A stretch of 64,000 bases of DNA from Nitrososphaerota archaeon (GTDB taxonomy: Archaea; Thermoproteota; Nitrososphaeria_A; Caldarchaeales; Calditenuaceae). A program made the position numbers and the translations under genes. Below the pieces are notes generated by a model. The model had not been told where the DNA came from. It searched no databases and was given only the letters and a program-made list of their open reading frames with translations. Numbering within the stretch: position 1 is the first letter of the stretch; the number at the start of each line of letters is the position of its first letter. Of the stretch, positions 58,034 to 64,000 are shown piece by piece. The stretch spans positions 104,081-168,080 of the forward strand of contig JAWBQR010000001.1 of the NCBI GenBank assembly GCA_038845265.1. Reading direction: 5' to 3'.

Positions 58034-58735
58034 TTAAAGCCCTAAGCCGCGAGAAATAGTCATAAGCTCAGGACCATTTGTTCTAGCGCCAATAAGCACT
58101 CCTTTAGTGTTTGCAAGCACACCGCTACGCACATACTTTACACCATCATTCACGGTTGATCTCACGATACTTACATGGCAGATCTTCTCTACGTTCTTTA
58201 AATCCTCATCACTCGCGTCTATATGTATTAGTCCTCCGCGGTCAGTCAACAGACATATTGAGCCAACATAGCTTCGAGACGCTATCGATGTTTTAAGCAC
58301 TTCGACCCCAAGCACGTCGGAAATTTTGCTCAATTCTGCTGCCCCAAACTCGGGAGAAGCAATAGCGCCTTTATTATTAGTTGCAATCAAATTGCCGAGG
58401 GCAGTAAATCTAGACTCAAGGACAGCTACGTTAAGATCTCTTGCAACTTTCTTAATTGCTTCTAGCTCTTCTTCCAGTACTATGGGTGGTAGTAATATGC
58501 CACTCGAATTCATTACTATCATAGGTCCCAGCAGATGTGTCCCACAGACCGATGTCGTTATCGCCTCTACTCCCAAAAAATCCTCAATCATCCTTATCTT
58601 GCTGCTCGAAACTAATTTTGATACTATAAGAAATTCTTCACTAACAACAGCAAAGAGGCCTATATATGGAGTGCCCAATATATCCATCAGCTGCACATTG
58701 GATTCCGAGAGCCTATTCGCCGGTATCTTCCTCAC
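58034..58735 (-). CDS. eif6: Translation initiation factor 6 (true start probably about 58696)
   Basis: PYIGLF, ALGNLIATN, STVNDG. Confidence 0.92.
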   Translation of the reverse strand: MRKIPANRLSESNVQLMDILGTPYIGLFAVVSEEFLIVSKLVSSSKIRMIEDFLGVEAITTSVCGTHLLGPMIVMNSSGILLPPIVLEEELEAIKKVARDLNVAVLESRFTALGNLIATNNKGAIASPEFGAAELSKISDVLGVEVLKTSIASRSYVGSICLLTDRGGLIHIDASDEDLKNVEKICHVSIVRSTVNDGVKYVRSGVLANTKGVLIGARTNGPELMTISRGLGL

Positions 58736-58985
58736 CTCTTAACTTAACTTCTACAACCCCTTCCTCGCCATGCTCAATTATTACTGAAACCTTTCTTGGA
58801 GGCTTCTCAGCCCCCCTTGACCAAATATATGACACAACTTTATTCGATAGTCGGATACGCTCAGCCTTAGAGATCCTCAAGATCTTTGCCCTTAACAAAT
58901 TTATCGCTCTTTTCGCTCTCCTCCACTTAGCTGCCTTGTAGGCATCTCTAAGATTAAGTGTCAATTCAAGTCTTTTCTCCGACAT
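58713..58985 (-). CDS. rpl31e: 50S ribosomal protein L31e
   Basis: RRAKRAI, IWSRGAEKPPRKV. Confidence 0.95.
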   Translation of the reverse strand: MSEKRLELTLNLRDAYKAAKWRRAKRAINLLRAKILRISKAERIRLSNKVVSYIWSRGAEKPPRKVSVIIEHGEEGVVEVKLRGEEDTGE

Positions 58986-58999
58986 TTATCTCATCACCA

Positions 59000-59152
59000 T
59001 TAGGGCTTTATTCTGCCGCTTCTCCGCCAATGCCTAGCCCTGTGACTCATACGTACTTCTCCTCCAGTCCTAGCAACTATCCAAGCTGGCACGGGGTCTG
59101 ATCTCTTAGCCGCTGCGGCCAACCTTTTCTTCATCGGCAATGTCTTAGGCAA
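59000..59152 (-). CDS. rpl39e: 50S ribosomal protein L39e
   Basis: Not in ORF track. MPKTLPMKKRLAAAAKRSDPVPAWIVARTGGEVRMSHRARHWRRSGRIKP. Confidence 0.93.
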   Translation of the reverse strand: MPKTLPMKKRLAAAAKRSDPVPAWIVARTGGEVRMSHRARHWRRSGRIKP

Positions 59153-59211
59153 CTCTAATCCAGAATTAGTGAACATTCTTCCTTCTAAAATAGATTTTCA
59201 TAGAAGAAGAC

Positions 59212-59547
59212 TCAAAAATCTCTGCTCAAGCGCTGAATCTTAACCTCCCTCTTCGGGGGCGCAATTCTGCTAAGAATATCCTTTAGAACCTCGTCGGTTA
59301 TCTGACTCTTGATTCTTCCTGCCTTTGCTAACTGATATAGATAATTCTCCACCGCTTCAGCGACCTCTGGCCTAGCTATCTTAAGATTAGCAAGCCGCTG
59401 CCTCGCTTCAGGTGTAAGGATTACCCTCAACACAGCCATTCTCTCTGCTTCAAGCCTCCTCCTCTCCTCTTCTTCTGCGGCTTTTGCCTGAAGTTCAGCA
59501 AGCTTTCTCTGCCTAATCTCCTCAAGTTCCTCATCATCCGCCGACAC
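59212..59547 (-). CDS. PDCD5-like DNA-binding protein
   Basis: DEELEEIRQRKLAEL, LTPEARQRLANL. Confidence 0.92.
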   Translation of the reverse strand: MSADDEELEEIRQRKLAELQAKAAEEEERRRLEAERMAVLRVILTPEARQRLANLKIARPEVAEAVENYLYQLAKAGRIKSQITDEVLKDILSRIAPPKREVKIQRLSRDF

Positions 59548-59610
59548 GTCCCTTTTACCTCAAGTTAGAATATTCAAGTCTCTAAATTTAAGAATTTCAT
59601 GAACAAAAAT

Positions 59611-59934
59611 TTAAGAAGACTGCTTTTTCTCAGGCTTTGGGATTAAACCCTCCCTCACCAATATATACCTGGGCTCAAAACGCTTTAACAACTCGTCTGA
59701 GGTGTAGACCCTTGCGAATACATTGCAGGAACGTGCTCCGAAACCTGAATCAATCCTGAGAATGACAAGCTTTCCCTCATCGACTCCTAACTTAGAGGCT
59801 ATTATTTCCCTCAGCTCCTTTCTACTCGGAGTACCGTCATCGTAATCAACCCTCAAAACATATTCCTTCCTCTTTATCAGCTTATTTTCACTTTGCTTAA
59901 CAATCGTAATATTACTAACAGTCATACCCATCAC
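59611..59934 (-). CDS. rps24e: 30S ribosomal protein S24e
   Basis: ENKLIKRKE, GTPSRKE, SGFG, FEPRYIL. Confidence 0.92.
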   Translation of the reverse strand: MMGMTVSNITIVKQSENKLIKRKEYVLRVDYDDGTPSRKELREIIASKLGVDEGKLVILRIDSGFGARSCNVFARVYTSDELLKRFEPRYILVREGLIPKPEKKQSS

Positions 59935-60335
59935 TTCACTAATACTGCATTAATCTGCGCAGTTGAGTCACTAATTACGTTCCCCCTAATGGTCACTCTT
60001 TTTCTTAGCCCCCTTACACTTCTCCTATTCCTTCGCTTCTTCCTCTTAGAGGGGGGCTTTCTCCTCGCCTTAAATCCAGTAGACTTAGTCAGTAGTATAC
60101 TTACAAGTCTAGAACCACTGACATCGCTCCGCATTGGAAATCCACTATTATCAGTCCCACCCGTTATTCTTACTTTACCCTGCCCCAACCCGAGCGCCGA
60201 GGCATCAATTTCATCACCAATCTTCTTTCCTCTAAATATTGAAAAAAGCTGAGGAGTCAAGACAATCGTCTGCGCTTTACCTGTAGATGGGTCAGACAGT
60301 ACTAATCTAGGCCCCGTAGTCTCCTTCTTCGACAT
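59931..60335 (-). CDS. rps6e: 30S ribosomal protein S6e
   Basis: SDPSTG, ITGGTDNSGFPM, RGNVI, QINAV. Confidence 0.95.
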   Translation of the reverse strand: MSKKETTGPRLVLSDPSTGKAQTIVLTPQLFSIFRGKKIGDEIDASALGLGQGKVRITGGTDNSGFPMRSDVSGSRLVSILLTKSTGFKARRKPPSKRKKRRNRRSVRGLRKRVTIRGNVISDSTAQINAVLVK

Positions 60336-60389
60336 CTCCTGGCCAGAGCAAAGGAATAACTGCTATTTTAATCTCTTCTACTCCTATTC

Positions 60390-62171
60390 CTACCTAGCCC
60401 ACAGAGGATTTATCTTTCTATTGATGTTGAGGACCTCGTCGAGAATCTTCCTCGACTGCTCATCTAGCTTATTCATAAAGACCGTCGAGAGAAGCCTTGC
60501 ATCATTTTCTGGAATAGCAACGTAGAGATACTCATTTTCCTTTACATGTCTGCCGACTATGGGTTCCTTCATCGATATAGCGACCTTCATTCCAGCAGTA
60601 GCAACTGGAACTGCCTTCCCCATATCCTGTATTTGCATAATAGTCCCCACAATCTTTCCCTCCTCATTCATTAGGCTAACCCTCGGCGTTATCAATCCAC
60701 CAACAACTTCAACACCAACGATAGCTGGATTACTTCTCCTAAAGACCATCCCCTCAATAATTCTTATCTTTCCAGGCTTAACCAGTTTCTCAAACTCTCC
60801 CCTTTCTCTTTCACTCTTTGTCTTATCAACCCATTCGATGTACTCATCTATAAGCCTGAATAGAACAGGATTTCTAAATATCTTGACGCCTCTATTCGCC
60901 GCCTCGATTTCGATGCTCTTAGAGACATCTACGTTATACGCAAGTATGACTCCTAAGAATTCATCTTTCTCCCGGACTATTGATGCCTCCATTACATCTC
61001 TCTTGCTTACTTCGCCAATATCAGCAAGCCTTACGGATAATCCCCTCTCGTGAAGATATGCAACGAGTGACTCTAGAGCGCCGAGGCTATCAGCCTTCAC
61101 TACGATTCCAACCTTATCAGTACTAATCCTAAACTCTCCAACTTCGGCAGACAACCTATCAAAAACCACCTGCGCTTCTTCCTGAGTACGCAGCCCATAT
61201 ATAGGCGAGCCCGGAAAAGCTTGTTCAAGCCCCTCAGCCACTATCTTTACTCCCGCCGAGGCAACGACCTCCTCAATTGCTTTGAACCTATCCCTAGGAT
61301 CCCTCATCTCATCAAGCGGCTTAGGCATCATTAATGCTCTAACCCTAGTTAAGAATGGCCCATCCTTTCCGAGAAGGGCTATTCTATCACCGACCCTCAA
61401 TACACCATTACTGATTACCGCATTTATCGTTACCCCCATCCCTTCCTCCTCGACTATCTCCAATACAACACCCTCGCACCCATCTCCCCGCAGGGCCAGT
61501 CTATCACGAAGATAGACCTGAGCAAGGCCGAGAACTAGCATCAACAAGTCTGGAATACCTTCACCCGACTTTGCACTCACAGGAACTATAGCTAAGGTCT
61601 TTGCGAAAGAAGTTATACGAGTATAAAGATCTGCCTGAAAACCATGCTGTGAAAGCTCACCGGCAAGTAGATATATCCTCTTTTCTAGTTCTTCCACGAC
61701 TGACTTCGACTGATAAGCAAATGCCTTCGAGATAGGTGCAGACTCCAATGGCCTCCACCCGGGAATCATGTCTATCTTAGTCAATGCCACTACGAAGGGA
61801 GTCTTCCTAGCCCTGAGCAGCTTAATACTCTCCACTGTCTGTTCCTGAACTCCCTTCATCACATCAACCACCAGAATAGCGAGGTCGGCCACCGAGCCCC
61901 CTCTCTTCCTCATGTTAGCAAACACCGCGTGTCCAGGTGTATCAATGAATAATATTCCAGGAACCTTAAGGTCAACCTTAACCTCTCCAAGAAGGGAGCG
62001 GCAAGTCTCTACCACTGCGTCAAGAGGAAAGAGACTAGCACCTATCTGCTGAGTAATTCCCCCTGCCTCCCTAGCAGCAACAATAGTACCCCTCATCTTA
62101 TCAAGCAGAGAAGTCTTACCATGATCAACATGCCCCAAAACAACAACTATCGGTTCTCTAAGATTCTTCAA
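60390..62171 (-). CDS. infB: Translation initiation factor aIF5B (IF-2)
   Basis: GHVDHGKT, GITQQIGA, DTPGH, TKID. Confidence 0.96.
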   Translation of the reverse strand: MKNLREPIVVVLGHVDHGKTSLLDKMRGTIVAAREAGGITQQIGASLFPLDAVVETCRSLLGEVKVDLKVPGILFIDTPGHAVFANMRKRGGSVADLAILVVDVMKGVQEQTVESIKLLRARKTPFVVALTKIDMIPGWRPLESAPISKAFAYQSKSVVEELEKRIYLLAGELSQHGFQADLYTRITSFAKTLAIVPVSAKSGEGIPDLLMLVLGLAQVYLRDRLALRGDGCEGVVLEIVEEEGMGVTINAVISNGVLRVGDRIALLGKDGPFLTRVRALMMPKPLDEMRDPRDRFKAIEEVVASAGVKIVAEGLEQAFPGSPIYGLRTQEEAQVVFDRLSAEVGEFRISTDKVGIVVKADSLGALESLVAYLHERGLSVRLADIGEVSKRDVMEASIVREKDEFLGVILAYNVDVSKSIEIEAANRGVKIFRNPVLFRLIDEYIEWVDKTKSERERGEFEKLVKPGKIRIIEGMVFRRSNPAIVGVEVVGGLITPRVSLMNEEGKIVGTIMQIQDMGKAVPVATAGMKVAISMKEPIVGRHVKENEYLYVAIPENDARLLSTVFMNKLDEQSRKILDEVLNINRKINPLWAR

Positions 62172-62282
62172 GCCCTATCCAAACTAGTGATAATAAAGAG
62201 CCACCAATATAGACCTTCCCAACACTACTACTAAGTTTAAGAAAAGGGAACTATTAGCACCGTGGTCACGAAAATAATTTAG

Positions 62283-62585
62283 GTAAATATTTTCGCAGTT
62301 AATGGAGGAGCTAAAAGTAAGATATGGAGACAGATAGTATCAGATATAATTGGCTTGCCCCAAGTGTATTCTAAAAAACAATTGGGAGCACCGTTTGGTG
62401 ATGCCTATTTAGCAGGAATCGGTGTAGATATTTTCAAAAAATTTGAAGACATTAAAAAATTTCAAGGCGAGGTGGAAGTAACCATGCCCAATCCTGTTAA
62501 TTACAATATTTATTGTAAATATTATGAGCTATATAAACAACTTTACAGTAAAACAAAAGAAATAATGTCGAGTATTTCACAATAA
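62283..62585 (+). pseudogene. C-terminal fragment of an FGGY-family sugar kinase (xylulokinase-like)
   Basis: In-frame VNGGAKSKIWRQIVSDIIG...GDAYLAG...YKQLY preceded by stop TAG at 62280; N-terminal domain absent. Confidence 0.8.
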
Positions 62586-62675
62586 TAAATATTGAGAGTT
62601 GTTATTATAGAAGCTCATCTGACATTTAGTCATAAAAATAAAATATTTTTAAGAAATCACGCCTAATAATTAGGT

Positions 62676-63407
62676 ATGATTGAAAGAGTTGTTACGGGGG
62701 TTCCTGGTTTTGATGAAATTTTGAATGGCGGCATTCCTAGACGTAATGTTGTTTTGCTTGCGGGAGGGCCTGGAACTGGGAAATCGATTCTGGGTTATCA
62801 GTACTTGTTTAATGGTGTTAAAAGAGGTGAGCATGGACTTCTAGTTGCTCTTGAAGAGCATCCAGTTCAGATAAGAATTTCCATGTCGCAGTTTGGTTGG
62901 GATGTGTCAAAATATGAGGAGGCAGGAGAATTCGCCATTATTGATGCCTTTACTGCCGGGATAGGCGAGGCTGCAAAAAGGGAAAAATACGTAGTTAGGT
63001 CGCCTGATGATTTTCAGTCATTGATAGATGTTTTGAGGACAGCAATTAAGGAGGTAAAAGCGGAAAGGGTCGTCGTAGACTCTGTTACCACACTTTATAT
63101 TACTAAGCCGGTCATGGCTAGAGGTATGGTCTTACAGCTGAAGAAAATATTGTCAGGTATGGGGTGTACTTCCATACTTATTTCTCAGGTAAGCGTCACT
63201 GAAAGGGGTTTCGGCGGCCCTGGTGTAGAACATGCTGCAGATGGAATCATACGTCTAGATTTGGATGAGGTAAAAGGTGAGCTTAAAAGAAGTCTGATCA
63301 TATGGAAGATGAGGGGCACGTCGCATTCAATGAAGAGGCATCCATTCGAGATTACGGAAAAAGGGATAACCGTATATCCTAAGGAAGTAGTAGAAATTCC
63401 AGTGTAG
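62676..63407 (+). CDS. KaiC-like RecA-superfamily ATPase (single domain)
   Basis: [33 protein letters not shown]. Confidence 0.93.
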   Translation: MIERVVTGVPGFDEILNGGIPRRNVVLLAGGPGTGKSILGYQYLFNGVKRGEHGLLVALEEHPVQIRISMSQFGWDVSKYEEAGEFAIIDAFTAGIGEAAKREKYVVRSPDDFQSLIDVLRTAIKEVKAERVVVDSVTTLYITKPVMARGMVLQLKKILSGMGCTSILISQVSVTERGFGGPGVEHAADGIIRLDLDEVKGELKRSLIIWKMRGTSHSMKRHPFEITEKGITVYPKEVVEIPV

Positions 63408-63418
63408 GAGGGATATAT

Positions 63419-63964
63419 ATGAGTGAGGAAATTTCTTTAACACCGATTGGGAGGGAACAAATACATAAACTAGAATCAGCATTATTGATTGCAAGCATCT
63501 TTAGTCCCTCAGTTTTAAGCGAGCTCCAGAACCCAACTGAAAGATTAACTTGGATTGATAGCTTAGCAGTCGCTGCAGCTGCAGTAGCACGAGAGAAGGC
63601 AAAGATGAGTGTTTCTCAGATAGCTGAGGAGCTAGGGAGAACTGAAGCAACTATTCGAAATCATTTACAAGGTAAGACAAGGGCGGGACAAATAGTACGT
63701 GAAACATACAGTAGATTCTTAAAAGAGGGAGTAAAAATTCCTATCAGTCCGGAGCTATTTAAAATCAAACAAAGTTATTTAATGGAGGAAAATAAAACAA
63801 TGGAAATAGAAAGCCTAAAGTTGGAAATCGAGTCCTTAAAAAAACAAATTCAAGAAAACCAAGTAAAAATTAAGGAATATGAAGAGTTGATAAATAGATT
63901 AAGAACAAACATAGAAAGGGTTGTGGAAACAATTAATCAATGCTTAACTGAATTAAAAAAGTAG
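63419..63964 (+). CDS. KaiC-associated HTH regulator with C-terminal coiled coil
   Basis: ERLTWIDSL, IAEELGRTEATIRNHLQGKT, heptad-rich tail. Confidence 0.85.
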   Translation: MSEEISLTPIGREQIHKLESALLIASIFSPSVLSELQNPTERLTWIDSLAVAAAAVAREKAKMSVSQIAEELGRTEATIRNHLQGKTRAGQIVRETYSRFLKEGVKIPISPELFKIKQSYLMEENKTMEIESLKLEIESLKKQIQENQVKIKEYEELINRLRTNIERVVETINQCLTELKK

Positions 63965-64000
63965 TACTAAAAACTCATTTATTTTTGTGGACTCATTTTA

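Noticed and set aside
1-64000. CRISPR arrays, IS elements, inteins, rRNA genes, defence systems
   Set aside because: No spaced repeat array, transposase/integrase ORF or rRNA-like stretch seen; AtpA, RpoA/B and aIF5B have normal lengths.

Overview
Archaeal chromosomal segment, most consistent with a thermophilic Nitrososphaeria/Aigarchaeota (Caldarchaeales-like) organism. This is inferred from the unsplit RpoA (1265 aa), single-gene RpoB, FtsZ, GGTGA Shine-Dalgarno motifs, a BHB tRNA intron, CydAA' and PpcA. The window is mostly housekeeping genes (aminoacyl-tRNA synthetases, ribosomal proteins, RNA polymerase, KEOPS subunits, proteasome beta, A-ATPase F/E/A, NuoBCD, split MetE), with heavily shuffled operons and four tRNAs. 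Accessory blocks lie at 1-1690, 10.8-17.2 kb, 36.7-43.7 kb and beyond 62.2 kb. No CRISPR array, transposase or integrase was seen. The best candidates for novelty are: (1) an unannotated C/D-box sRNA in the leader of a urm1-cgi121 unit, whose guide can pair over the urm1 ribosome-binding site, with the Urm1-like protein carrying a short extension after its di-glycine; (2) two conserved genes (metG, DUF2095) whose N-termini appear to need non-canonical starts (CTC, ACG); (3) a ribbon-helix-helix regulator with a 10-bp-phased operator upstream of Cys/Met-rich envelope proteins; (4) an abrupt synonymous-codon shift inside rpoA; (5) a secreted subtilase paired with a BsuPI-like inhibitor candidate. 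Family names come from recognising motifs by eye; no searches were run.
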